64,000 nt of DNA from Macrostomum lignano (GCA_002269645.1 NIVC01002394.1:1-64000), one strand, 5' to 3'. Counted from the first letter of the stretch, positions 39,525 to 52,486 are shown. Numbers and translations are program-made. Notes: a model not told the origin generated them from the sequence alone.

Positions 39525-42500
39525 TTACGGAGAATTTTCATTTTTAGCACAAGATTTTTTATTGCTTTCGATAGGAGGCAGACACAGTGTTCATCTTTTG
39601 ACATGTACTTGCCCTTCTTATAGCTCTATTGGTATTCGTAGCGCTTTTGTTTAGAATAAAAGGCTTTAATTATACATGTATTAGGCTAAAACAGTGTACT
39701 ATGAGAAAAGCATAGCCCAGAATAGTCTCTCTGAATGGTTGAATCCTTGTATAGTTAAAGAATCCATTTTGTTACACAACCAATAAAACATTCATGATAA
39801 AAAAGATTCATGAAATTAACATCGAATCCTAATTTTCTAAACAAAAAAGCTCTATGAATGCGAGCTATCAAATAGAGCTATAGGAATTAAGGCAATTGTC
39901 ATATAAAAAGACGAACAATAAGTCTGCCTCCTATCAAAAGCAATTTACAGATTTTTGTGCTGAAACAATGATCAACTTCGGACAATTTCCTATAATGTAC
40001 TTTTCGGTGAAGCCTTCTAAAATTTCGAAGAAACGTTGTTTTCCGTCCGTCTACTTCAGTAGTCCTTGTTAATAACTTTTAGACATTTTTAATTGTTGCA
40101 TACATGTAAACTAGAATTTGAAACATAATGTACATGTACTTTGTACAGCAGATTTATAATACGAGCGTACTGCATACATGTACATACTGATATTGAGGGT
40201 TCTCATATAGAGTGTACTTGTAACATAATTTAGCAGGCAGGTACGTTGCGTTTAGTTATAGTTAGTCAGTTAGTATTTACACACAAGTGCATCTTTAGAA
40301 CTAACTGTTTTTGTGATGAATGCAATCTTAAGATATCTGATGCACTGAACATTTTTTTAACATATACTCGTATGTACGAGCGTATTCCGTCACCATTTAA
40401 TGCGCTAGAAATGATCGAACTACATAACATGATGTATGCATCTGAATAGATATATAGACACAACAAGCTGTGCTTTAAAACATAGTCGAGTCAATATCCA
40501 AAGGTCAATTGAATTCTGACCCGGAATTTTAGTGGTACTTTCTGCAGTACTTAGGGTACTGAATTATGCTGTAGGGAATTGAATATTAATCAATGCGTGA
40601 TTCTTATTCATCATTCACAATTGGACTTTAAATCACATAGTTACCTCAGTCGTCCTTGATCATTCAGTGCACATGCATTGTCAGTATTCAGACGTTACGT
40701 AGTTCCATCAATTAGTTGATCAAGAATTTATGTCATGATGAAGAGGTGCTTAACGCAGGGTTCCAGCAAATTTCAGCGAAGGAATTCGGAATAAGAAATT
40801 TGAAGGCGAAAATAAAAGCCTAATTTAATTAACGTTTTCGGCGGTTTGATTTTTTCCCCGATTGATGAACAACGAATCGGCTATTCCTCACTTCAATCCT
40901 AGAGCTAAAAATCAAGGACCACTGTTTTATAAATGTTATACTACATTACTTCTAGCTAAAAGTATTTCTGTAAGCATAAAATTTTTTAGCAAAACTATAC
41001 TCACATGTACCAATTTTTGCAGATCAATAATGTAGAGAAAAAGCGTGTCCTCAGGCAAAATATTAGTAAAAAAACTATTCAAATCTCATTAATCTTATTT
41101 TTTAACTTCAGTCATTCAAATTTAATTGTGCTGTGATTCTGTACACAATAATATTGAGCCCCTGGGTTTTGATGCTACATTTTTCTGTATGTAAACGAAC
41201 CCATTCGTTATTTTACAGTTAAGCGAGCGACTTCTGAATAAACTATAGGGTCAAATGATATTTACAAGCAGTGACTTTAGCAGGTTTTTGCAATAATCGT
41301 GCTATCTTTTCCAAATTTATTACGAATATTTGTTTTAAAATTCCATCTTTACAACTTTTTAAACTTGCCATTGTAAATGAATATTGTTTTGTAAATCTTC
41401 TATAATCTATATACTACATTTGGGGCGTTGTGGGGGGGATTTTATAGATATAAGCTTAGAAAAATAAGTAAAAGCCTTTAATTTTTTCAGTTTGGCCTAT
41501 AAACTGCTTTTCATTGACTGCGGCTCGTAGGTCTACTGCACTCTGTAGGCCTACTTGTACTTGTTAACTTGAACTTAGACCTAGGCTAGTAGTAGTTTTG
41601 ATTGTGTTGTCATCATGTCATAGGTTGCGCTTCTCACCAAATTTTCTAGCGCAGAAATGATTATTTGCCACACACAGCGCGCAGCCCACGCATCTCCTCA
41701 GTTCTATGCCACAAAGTACCAGCTAAGGCCTAGGGGCCTAATCTAAGTTCTAACTCACATTTCAAGTGTTTAATTTCATTTTCAAGAAATGCCTAGCATT
41801 GTTTAAAATGCATTTTTAGCCCTAAACCTATGCAGTGCAGATTCATGCTTGAAAATAGTGCACATATAATACATGACAGATGGTGCATAGAATGTCTCCC
41901 AAAAATTAATTTTAGAATTATTAGTTTCAATGGTGAGGTGGGATGTTAAGCCCATTAACCAATAACCACTCCTTTGTGGGCAGAAATGGAAGGCTCCAAG
42001 GGCACTATTAAGGTGATATTAAAATGACATGAGCAGAATATACTTCTATAAAGGTAGGCCCTATAGCAAGGTGGAGAATCTCAAGTCAAAGACTAAGTCA
42101 GAACTCTAGTTAGGTCCTATTTGGGTAGGCCTAGGGTGCCAGTTGTTTTGTTTGCCAATAGTTTGTTTACTAAGTAGGGCCTAGCCTAGACAAAAAGTTT
42201 CTCTTTTTAAAACCATTTGTCTATTAGGAAATGGATAGGGGGCCTACATACATATAAACTTGGCAATAAACAAATTTGGTGACAGTGAAATCTTTGAATT
42301 TTTTTAATAGTTTCATTTTCATTGGTTTCAGATGTTAAATGTATACCATGAAGTAGTTTGTTGAAATTATGGAACTTATAGCATTTTTAGTCATTAACAG
42401 AGTATAGAGACATTGTTTAATGGTTCCCTTTCCCATTTCCTATCTGACCCCATTCCTTTCCCTTTTTATATTTCCTAATAGACATTCTTTACTTGTTTAC

Positions 42501-43899
42501 CTATACTTATTTCTACTAATCTGCATTGTTTTTTTCATTCTAAAGATAACTATAGCTACTGATATCAATTAGTTATAGTTTGATAGGATTAGGCCTATAA
42601 TTTTTCTCTATGGAAGTTTTTGATAGGCTTAACTTGCTGAATTTTTTATTTAAGCTTTATTACAATTCCTTCCTAGATCTCCTCATTCTCCTAATTTATC
42701 TACCTTATCTACAATAGACCCCATGCCTCTATTGAAGTTTAGGTACATCAAATCAATCCCTATGAAGATTCTCCCCAAACCCCTTACCATTCCCCATGCC
42801 TTATTGTTGGTGGTTATTAGCCTCCCCTCACTCCTACCCAACCTTCTAAGACTTGCTTTTTCCCCTTAGCCTCCAAATTTATCTACCTAATCTACAATAG
42901 ACCCCTATGCCTCTATTGAAGTTTAGGTATATAAAATCATTCTCTATGAATATTCTCCCCACACTAAAACCCCCCATTCACCATGCCCCAGTGGTTGGCT
43001 TTAAGCTACAAAAAATGAAGCTCAAATTTGAAATCAGCACTATCAAAAACCTTCATTGAGACAAAATTATGATCGTATAAAAACTGAAACTATTTTATCT
43101 CCTTAAAGTTCAAGAAGTCCAATAAATGATCTAGAAACCCTTAGGCACATACATGCGCAACCCCCCTGATTTACACTGGCCATGCGACTTACTTTTTGAC
43201 CAAAAATGGGACTTACCTGTGAAAGAAACCCTAAAGCAAAATTAATGCAATTTTGGGTAAACGGCAGGAGTAACTATGACTGTCTAATAAGGACTAAATG
43301 CCTTGTCATCTAATTAGTACTATGTCTGTATTCTTTGGGATGGGCATTTTTGCGACTTACCCCTGGTCCACCATAATTTACAGTGGCCAGGTCGGCTAGC
43401 AGTTGCGCATGTATACTTGGGCATATATGTGGCTAGGTTAGTCCTAGAGCCTATGATTTGTAAAAGGTAAATTGGGCCAATATGTATGAAATACAAGCAT
43501 GAAATAAGCCTAGGCCTAGATATTAAAATTATATACATTGGGGTAATAAAAGGCCTACTACTCAATTGCTAACTTAGTCAATTATTATATTAGTGCAACT
43601 AGTTTTCCTCTAACAGGTTTAACTTAAGGCCTAGTGATTGACTTATCAAATATAGTGCTTTATTTAGCTTTCTCAAAACATAAATTACTAAATAATAGTT
43701 TTCTATTTCTATTTTTCTAATCATTTAGCTACTAAATGATATCTTTTAGCCTATTATATATAAGACCCCAATAGGTACATAGTCATTTCATATGCTACTT
43801 TACCATATGTTAGCAGACAAAACAACTTTTTGAAAATAAAATATTTACATATATAAGATATTCCAAAAGTTTTGCAATTTGACTAGTTAAAGTTATTTC

Positions 43900-44340
43900 T
43901 GCCAAATGTCTATATTATAATCCTTCAAAGTAGACTTCTTGGAACTATAAATACTTGTTTGCTCTTCAAAGCCACTTGTTCATAAGGCCCTTGAACTCTT
44001 CAATGGGATGCCATCAATTGCCTCCTTTGCCACCTGCTCTAGCTCCTTGTTGGACTAAAACCTGCACCCCCTAAGTGACTTTTAGGGGGGTAAGTAGGGT
44101 AAGTGTGATGGACAATGCCCTCTTGGTCTAGGAATGCTCAAGTTGCAATAGCCATGTGGGTGGGGACATTGTTGTAATGAGCTTCTGCCCTCATATTCCC
44201 ATCCTTGCCACCCTCTGGGTCACATTGTCAATCAGAACTGGCAAGCTCTCTTCAGTGTACCATTGAGCAGTGACAATAGCTTGACCCTCTAGCTTCACTA
44301 TCGCCACCACACCATATGAGTGTTGTTGAATTTCGTTTTT
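43900..44340 (-). pseudogene. Decayed mariner transposase C-terminal relic
   Basis: The minus strand reads KSLRGCRF*SNKELEQVAKEAIDGIP, then after a frameshift W L*RANK...VYFEGL*, matching a mariner C-terminus. Confidence 0.6.
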
Positions 44341-44619
44341 TGATCATCGAAGGGCTAAATAGTAGAACTTTGGACTCTTGATTGCTCTTCAGAGTTTTTA
44401 AACATGATAAATCAAGTATTTGATTAAAATCAAGTCAACAAATTTTATGTACATAAAAAGTTTCATTAAAAACAATTTTAAAAAAATGGCACCTTTCTTT
44501 TTTTAGTTTCAAGTATTGTGTCACAAATTTACAATATCAAGATCAAAGTTTAATGATCTTGTTGCTTGTAAAGTTCAGTTAGGGCTTGTACAAAAAAGGA
44601 CTGGCTTGATTGAATAGTA

Positions 44620-44923
44620 CGAGGGGTGTCCCAAAAGTTCCCGGAATGTCTAACGTAGCTCTTCAACAGAGCCATGAAATTTCACGCCCATGGTGTCAAA
44701 TGAAAAAATTATTGCCATAGATTGTTGAGGTTGTGTAACACTACCCCTGACCTTTGCGCACGTTTCTTGCTGTAGCTCTTGAATAAAAAAAGATATCAAC
44801 ATGATTTTAACTTTGTATTCTTTGTGACAAAATTTCCTTTCATTTGACACCATGGGCGTGAAATTTCATGGCTCTGTTGAAGAGTTACGTTAGACATTCC
44901 GGGAACTTTTGGGACACCCCTCG
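44620..44923. mobile_element. Mariner-type MITE (304 bp, ~87-bp TIRs, TA TSD)
   Basis: TA|CGAGGGGTGTCCCAAAAGTTCCCGGAATG...CATTCCGGGAACTTTTGGGACACCCCTCG|TA. Confidence 0.92.
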
Positions 44924-45132
44924 TAGAACGTTCGAGTGATTTTTGGACCAAGTTATTCAGTTTCAAAAAATGTTTCGCTTCCTGGCAACCGAAGCGAACA
45001 ATGAGGCGTCCCTGCTAAAATAAGAGACATACCTCTCTACTTTTAGTAGTCTCAGAGTTTTTACTTAATCTTTAGTTTTTACTACTTAGTTAATCCAGCA
45101 TCCCTGCCAACATCCCCGATGCAGCTAGTGCA

Positions 45133-45417
45133 ATGACCAAGGGTACCACCAGTTTTGGAAAGCGGCACAACAAGTCGCACACCCAGTGCCGCCGCTGCGG
45201 CCGCAAGTCCTATCACGTGCAGAAGAAGACTTGCTCCTCCTGCGGCTACCCGGCCGCCAGAATCCGGCACTTTAACTGGGCCAAGAAGGCGCAGCGCAGG
45301 CGCACCACTGGCACCGGGCGGATGCGCCATCTCAAAGTTGTGCACCGCCGGTTCAACTATGGATTCCGCACTGGCCAGACAAAACCGTGCGCTCCTAAGG
45401 CTGCTGGCAACGCTTGA
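45133..45417 (+). CDS. RPL37: 60S ribosomal protein L37 (intronless)
   Basis: [23 protein letters not shown]...CSSCGYP...[12 protein letters not shown], with an intact zinc finger. Confidence 0.97.
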   Translation: MTKGTTSFGKRHNKSHTQCRRCGRKSYHVQKKTCSSCGYPAARIRHFNWAKKAQRRRTTGTGRMRHLKVVHRRFNYGFRTGQTKPCAPKAAGNA

Positions 45418-46163
45418 ATGCGCTGATCAAACTGATTGAACTATAGCTCATTGGAAGGGACTGGATGTCTGATTGGTGGACTAAGATGTTAGTCACTATG
45501 TTGCTGCCTGTGCCCTGATGTGCACGTGTTGAACTGATTGGTAAAAAAAGTAAATTGAAACAAGCTGTCCCTCGTCTTCTGCGGAATCAAACGTTTTTCA
45601 ATTTGTCTTCTTTATTTTTTGCTTGCATTTTTACTTTAAGTAGTTCAAGTAGCTTTGTTTAAGTTAGCTCACGTATTAAGCATATTCCCATGTTGAGAGG
45701 GGTTGTAGCCTAGTGTTTAGACTGTCGGACTCACTAAAGGTGCCAGCAATCATGAAGGCTTCACATTTTCCCCGGAGGCTCAGAGTTTCTACCCAGCTGT
45801 GCATAGTTAATCGCCTATCCATCAATTATCAACAGAGCGCGCGCTCACTGAAGAATGATCCCAAAATTGAGGGCATAAAAATTATAACAAATAGATTTCT
45901 AAGAAACAGCATAAAATGACGGCGAAGGCGAGTCGCATTTGCAGTCCCGAACTTAGTGAAGCTGTCAGGCATATCGATAGCAGCTTCCTGCATTTCTGAG
46001 CCCAGAGAGACTGGCTTCAGTTGGATAAATTGAATTTTCTGATTTTCTCCTAGAAGATTTTCTGCACAATTTCTGTCGCGTGTGTCTGAGCGGGCTTAAA
46101 GGCTCGCTAATCTCTCGAATTCTTTCGTCTTGGCAGTTGATTTTTTTGCAAGCACAATGCTCC

Positions 46164-46460
46164 GGGGTTGTAGCCTAGTGGTTACAACAAGCGCCGGACT
46201 CACGACTGAAAGGTCGGGGGTTCGATTCTCAACCCACTCGGAACAATTTGTGTCATTGAGCAAGACACTTAACTCTGTATTGCTTCGGTTCACCCAGCTG
46301 TAAAATGGGTGCCAGCATTAGCTGGGGTAATTAAGGGTTTACATAGCGACCCCCAGTCCTTGGACTGAACAGCCGTACGCATCCTTCAGATGCGCCGGGC
46401 AATAGCTGCGGCTGAGCTGTCGGTTGCACATCTTGGTCATTAGGCAGGTGTAATAAAAAA
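46164..46460 (+). mobile_element. tRNA-derived CORE-type SINE
   Basis: A-box TAGCCTAGTGG at 46171 and B-box GGTTCGATTCT at 46219. The segment TGTGTCATTGAGCAAGACACTTAAC...CCAGCTGTAAAATGGG resembles the CORE domain (TGTGACCTTGGGCAAGTCACTTAAC...CTGTAAAATGGG). The 3' end is approximate. Confidence 0.8.
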
Positions 46461-46733
46461 GATTTTAATAATTTTGCTCAACTCGGGAGTTCTCTGTTAG
46501 ATTTTTATTTACTGCTTTATATTTATTAGAGATGTTGCTCAGATCAGTGCGCGAACTATTTCAAAAGTAAGAGTTTAATTGTTAGTTTATTAGTGCAATT
46601 ATAAACTCAGACGGGTGCTTTCTTTAGGAGATTTGTGTCAGTGTAGTGTGCTGTTCGGTTATGATAATATTCCAGTCAGGATGGTTATAATCAGAGTTTG
46701 CAAAGTTCCGCTAAGCACATTGGCCTTGCATCC

Positions 46734-49068
46734 TCAATGGTGAGACCTGCCGCCCTGCTCGAAGAACATGAAGTCCTGCGGGTTAGCAACGGTGGAAGAA
46801 AGTGCTCTGGTTAATAAATGCGCGCTGAACAAGAAGGCCTGTCTCTGTAATTTGATCGTTCAAATTTAAACAAAAGAACTAGCATACTGGTGAAGCTAGT
46901 TAATTAGCATAGCCATAGCCGCTTATTGATTTGTTAGTTCAGGTACCAGGAAGGCTTAAGCAACTTACAATGAGAAAGCAGGCCCCAAGCACTACAGCCT
47001 TGAGCTTCACGTCCAAATCGAGGGGAAATGCGATGCCGAAATTGTCAGCATCCGTGAAGTATTCCTGCATCAGGTTGGACCATTGTTTAGATACGCGGCC
47101 TATTTCTAATCCGCTTTCCTTGGCAACAAGCTGCAATTATTGAATGCATATTATCGATCTTTGAGTTAGTTAGCATTAGAGCATTGAAAGTTTGAATTTG
47201 GCTCACCTTGAACGGTATATCGTCTCCTGGGCAGTAGCACTTACAATAGGACGGCCCGTCTATAATAAACACGGTGTTGTCGCGCTCGTCAATAATGTTA
47301 TACCTGATCTGGCAGGCCCCGTACACCTGGGTCACCTTGCCCACTTTGACACCGGGAGGCGCTTCCACTGTCACTTCGTCGAAGCAGCACTTGCAACAGG
47401 AGAATAGCTGATGGTAGCACATGCACTTGTACGGCCGGCTCACGTGGATCACCTCGTTGCCCATGTTGTCCTCGATGGCCAGTTCGAATGGGCGCTGTGG
47501 TCCGCAGCACTGCCTGACGCAGGTGTCGGAGGCTGCAATTTCAATAAATTCCTTTAGCAAATCAAAGCGATGCGCTATGAAATTTGACTCGAAAAAAACC
47601 TAAAATTTTAAAAAATCAACTCTTAGAAGTGTCTAACACGAGGCAAACTATGAAAAAGATTTTTTAAAATCGACAAAAATGGTACGCTGCTTTTCAAAGT
47701 AAAGTATCTATTGTGATCATTTTAGTCGGAGAGAACAATAGTAGAATTTAATCATGAATAGATTATTCATTAAGGGTTGTCTAAGAAGCTATGTTTACTT
47801 TTCATTGTGGCGAAAGCGACTCAAAATTCCCTGCTGTAATACTTGTCTTAACTATTCTACTTCATGCGAGACGCTAGCGAGCCAGGATGCGAGCCCGAGG
47901 CATGTTAAAAGAATACCGCATTGTCGGCCGCCGCCTGCCCTCCGAAGCGGTGCCGCAGCCGCCGCTCTACGAGATGCGCATTTTCGCCACCGACTCGGTG
48001 ACCGCCAAGTCCCGATTCTGGTACTTTGTGCGCCATCTGAAGAAGCTAAAGAAAATGCACGGCGAGGTGCTCCAGTGCAAGATTGTGCCGCCAAAGAAGG
48101 CCCTGCGCGTGAAAAACTACGGCGTTTGGCTGCGCTACAACTCGCGTAGCGGCACTCATAATATGTACAAGGAGTACCGGGACATGACCCCGGCCGCCGC
48201 CATCACCCAGTGCTACCGGGAGATGGGTGCCAGGCACAGGGCTAGAGCCTCCTCTATTCACATCCTCAAGATCAAGGAGATCGCCTCCAAGGACTGCAAG
48301 CGCCCCTGCGTTACGCAGTTCCACGACAGCAAGCTGAAGTTCCCGCTGCCGCACCGCGTTCACCGCAGGCTGCACGCTCCTCGGTTCACCACCGTTCGGC
48401 CGAAGACCACCTTTTGAATGAGTAGCTTTATGAATTTGCGAGGGCTTGTTACCCTCAGACTGTGAATTTTGATTGTTCCGCTTGCTGCGACCCGGCCATT
48501 GTTGGCTATTTTGAGACCGAGACAATAAATGGTCTGAGTTGGATTGTTTCTCCCACTTCGTCATCTGGGAGCATGGAATAAGAAAAAACTATTCTTGAAA
48601 TTATTGTTTTTTACTTTCTGCAGCTTAAATTGAGCTCTATTTATCTGGGGATGGGGCATGGCATCTCTTGAAGAAAATGATTGAGCCATAAAACTATATT
48701 AGAACGTACACTCTTTAGCGTAGTAGACCTGCTGGCCCATTGAGTTGCGGACAACGTACTTATTCTGCATCTCGATGCCCGACATCACTGCAATCGGCGT
48801 TGGGAGATGGATTGGAAGATTTGCACAAGGGACTAAATTATTTAAAAGAATTATTAAAATTGAGTTCACTTTCAAAGAATTCCTTTTTCTGTTTGATTAG
48901 CACCTGATCCAGCACGGTGAGGTATTCGAGGCCGTTTGGGCAACCGCTTGTCACGGCTGTAGGCTGGGACATCCATTGCATTTGCTGACCGGTTATTGCC
49001 GGTATGGTAACTGGCTGTTGCTGCGGCTGCTGCTGCTTCTGGGCCATTGGTTGCACCTTGTTGTCCAT
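46734..49068 (-). CDS. Phospholipid scramblase (PLSCR family), 268 aa
   Basis: Exons 49068-48870, 48787-48710, 47532-47207, 47130-46969 and 46775-46734, all phase-compatible. Motifs [16 protein letters not shown] and [36 protein letters not shown]. Confidence 0.95.
47887..48417 (+). CDS. RPL18A: 60S ribosomal protein L18a (intronless; nested antisense in scramblase intron 2)
   Basis: LKEYRIVGR...AKSRFWYF...[24 protein letters not shown]...MGARHRAR; intact 176 aa, with a downstream AATAAA at ~48523. Confidence 0.97.
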   Translation: MRARGMLKEYRIVGRRLPSEAVPQPPLYEMRIFATDSVTAKSRFWYFVRHLKKLKKMHGEVLQCKIVPPKKALRVKNYGVWLRYNSRSGTHNMYKEYRDMTPAAAITQCYREMGARHRARASSIHILKIKEIASKDCKRPCVTQFHDSKLKFPLPHRVHRRLHAPRFTTVRPKTTF

Positions 49069-49499
49069 TCCTTTTCCTAGCGGCTTTTGAGTTGCAGAGT
49101 TAAATAGTTATCGGCTGACTTCAGTCGAAGGCCATCAACTCAATTTCATGGCGATGCCTGTTATGCCAACAAGCCTTTTTGCCGCTATCAAATTTCTACG
49201 GATTTTCGACGCCAAGAATCTTTGTCTAGAAACAGCTTGAGTTACGTTGTCATGGAAATTTGCCAACAAAGTTTCCTTTGACTAGCTAACGGAATCTAAC
49301 GGTCCTTTGTCAGAATCCCTTTGTTAGTTTGTGGATCTTTAACCTTTTGTCTCTACATAAGCCACGCTGCCTTAACAGTCTCATTTTGTTTTATTAAACT
49401 CTTCTGTGTCAAAATTTTTTCCAACAACAATCGACTGGCCTAATATAGTCAGATTTAATACTTTATTTTAGATGGCTTTGTTGATCTGAAAAAGCCTCA

Positions 49500-50356
49500 A
49501 AATTTGCACAGGTCCCCTTGTCTATAGAAGCTCATTCCAAATTTGCACGAGCCCTCTTCTGATCTATAGAAGCTCATCCTACATTTGCACGGGCCCTCTT
49601 CTGATCTATAGAAGCTCATCCCACATTTGCACGGGCCCTCTTCTGATCTATAGAAGCTCATCCCAAATTTGCACGGGCCCTCTTCTGATCTATAGAAGCC
49701 CATCCCACATTTGCACGGGCCCTCTTCTGATCTATAGAAGCTCATCCCACATTTGCACGGGCCCTCTTCTGATCTATAGAAGCCCATCCCACATTTGCAC
49801 GGGCCCTCTTCTGATCTATAGAAGCCCATCCCACATTTGCACGGGCCCTCTTCTGATCTATAGAAGCTCATCCCACATTTGCACGGGCCCTCTTCTGATC
49901 TATAGAAGCTCATCCCACATTTGCACGGGCCCTCTTCTGATCTATAGAAGCTCATCCCACATTTGCACGGGCCCTCTTCTGATCTATAGAAGCCCATCCC
50001 ACATTTGCACGGGCCCTCTTCTGATCTATAGAAGCTCATCCCACATTTGCACGGGCCCTCTTCTGATCTATAGAAGCTCATCCCACATTTGCACGGGCCC
50101 TCTTCTGATCTATAGAAGCTCATCCCACATTTGCACGGGCCCTCTTCTGATCTATAGAAGCTCATCCCACATTTGCACGGGCCCTCTTCTGATTTATAGA
50201 AGCCCATCCCACATTTGCATGGGCCCTCTTCTGATCTATAGAAGCTCATCCCACATTTGCACGGGCCCTCTTCTGATCTATAGAAGCCCATCCAACATTT
50301 GCACGGGCCCTCTTCTGATCTATAGAAGCTCATCCCACATTTGCACGGGACCTCTT
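49500..50356. repeat. 42-bp minisatellite (~20 copies)
   Basis: Unit CCACATTTGCACGGGCCCTCTTCTGATCTATAGAAGCTCATC. Confidence 0.95.
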
Positions 50357-50974
50357 CTTTCCTCAAGATTTGCTCGAACTCTCTTGATCTATAGAAGCCA
50401 CTTAGACCATTTTAAACCGTTCTAGGCCACCGATTCCATGGTCTGGCATTGATGTTTATTGTATTGTAAATATATACGGTGTATAAGTAGCGAGTACCAT
50501 ACTATACAGCACTTATTAGCCTCACCGTTCGCAATGTCCTGTATCTTCGAAGGTTCTCACCGATCGACGTTCAGTAAAGATTGCTCAGCAACGTTACCCG
50601 TGTTCAAGCTTCTATTTTTTTCTATTTGCATTTCTCTTTTAACCTGGGCTTATCTTCACACTGCTTCTCCCACCTTTCTATGTACTTCCAATGAGTGCAC
50701 TTGTTAGACTACCCGACTCGGTCCAATCGCCTGAGCGCTTGATTCTCACTCGTTGTCATGGCAACTATTGTTGAAACTGTGCTTCTTAAGTTTAAAAAAA
50801 GACCGGCTGGAAAAAAACAAGTTCGCATTCCACCGCTTGGGATTCCGTGTGTGACAAGCAAATATTGAAGACAATGTTTAAAGATTTCTTTGAAAGCGCA
50901 CACATTTCCACACTTACAGCGGGCCTTAAGATTAGCAGAAATTCTCTTGTAGTCTTGTTTAGCACCGGGTGCAG

Positions 50975-51905
50975 GACACTGGAGGGTGTAAGGACACCAG
51001 GTGAAGGACACTGGAGCTGGAGGGTGTAAGGACACCAGGTGAAGGACACTGGAGGGTGTAAGGACACCAGGTTAAGGACACTGGAGGGTATAAGGACACC
51101 AGGTTAAGGACACTGGAGGGTGTAAGGACACCAGGTTAGGGACACTGGAGGGTATAAGGACACCAGGTTAAGGACACTGGAGGGTGTAAGGACACCAGGG
51201 GATGGACAATGGAGGGTGTAAGGACACCAGGGGATGGACAAAGGAGGGTGTAAGGACACCAGGGGATGGACAATGGAGGGTGTAAGGACACCAGGGGATG
51301 GACACTGGAGGGTGTAAGGACACCAGGGGATGGACACTGGAGGGTGTAAGGACACCAGGGGATGGACACTGGAGGGTGTAAGGACACCAGGGGATGGACA
51401 ATGGAGGGTGTAAGGACACCAGGGGATGGACACTGGAGGGTGTAAGGACACCAGGTTAAGGACACTGGAGGGTGTAAGGACACCAGGGGATGGACAATGG
51501 AGGGTGTAAGGACACCAGGGGATGGACACTGGAGGGTGTAAGGACACCAGGTTAAGGACACTGGAGGGTGTAAGGACACCAGGGGATGGACAATGGAGGG
51601 TGTAAGGACACCAGGGGATGGACACTGGAGGGTGTAAGGACACCAGGGGATGGACAATGGAGGGTGTAAGGACACCAGGGGATGGACAATGGAGGGTGTA
51701 AGGACACCAGGGGATGGACAATGGAGGGTGTAAGGACACCAGGTTAAGGACACTGGAGGGTGTAAGGACACCAGGGGATGGACAATGGAGGGTGTAAGGA
51801 CACCAGGGGATGGACACTGGAGGGTGTAAGGACACCAGGTTAAGGACACTGGAGGGTGTAAGGACACAAGGTGAATGACACTGGAGGGTGTAAGGACACC
51901 AGGGG
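50975..51905. repeat. 32-bp G-rich minisatellite (~28 copies)
   Basis: Unit GGACACCAGGGGATGGACACTGGAGGGTGTAA. Confidence 0.95.
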
Positions 51906-52140
51906 AGGGAGACTAGAATGATGGACAGCGTGTGTAAAGCGAAACGGTTCTTAAATGGTGTGCCAGCACTTCCTCTTACCTGGGATGCACTTTAATTTAA
52001 AATACAGATACAACGATCAAACAGAAAATGATTGAAGTTGACTTTGATCATCTGTGAGCAGCAATTTTCGTGAAGGACGCATGAGATTTTTGACGGATTA
52101 ACTATCTATACATGTACACCGCAAATGCTCAGTGAGCGAT

Positions 52141-52318
52141 CAGTGGCGTAGCCAGGATTGGGTCGGGAAAGGGGTGTCTGTGCTAATCTGGCTGCTTTCA
52201 GTGGCGAACTTTTAAGAACTTGGCAATTCACCGCCTCGCCCTCCTTAACTGGATGGGCTTTGATATCCCTTCCTTGCGGCAACAACTTGCGCTGTGGATG
52301 ATCCTGGCTACGCCACTA
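52141..52318. mobile_element. Short MITE with 17-bp TIRs (hAT-like termini)
   Basis: CAGTGGCGTAGCCAGGAT ... ATCCTGGCTACGCCACT; no clear TSD. Confidence 0.65.
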
Positions 52319-52417
52319 CAACAACGAAGCAACTGCAACAAAAAACTGTGCAACAAGCTGGTTTGAGTTGTAATTAACACGTATATGAGCCGTAAGTAGT
52401 TTGTACCCGCTTTGCTC

Positions 52418-52446
52418 TATCTATCTATCTATCTATCCATCTATCC

Positions 52447-52486
<40 letters not shown>

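Noticed and set aside
39530-39990. Degenerate ~60-bp inverted repeat next to the LTR element
   Set aside because: Probably an old MITE, but too diverged to define termini or a TSD.
42690-42985. ~100-bp imperfect direct duplication
   Set aside because: No TG...CA ends, PBS or TSD; ordinary local duplication in decayed repeat DNA.
46164-46240. Possible tRNA gene
   Set aside because: It has A/B boxes but no complete acceptor stem, and it continues into a CORE-like body, so it is a SINE head. The same reasoning applies at ~4068.
51104-51867. 243-aa SLHPPVS/WCPYTL ORFs
   Set aside because: Products of the 32-bp array, open in several frames.
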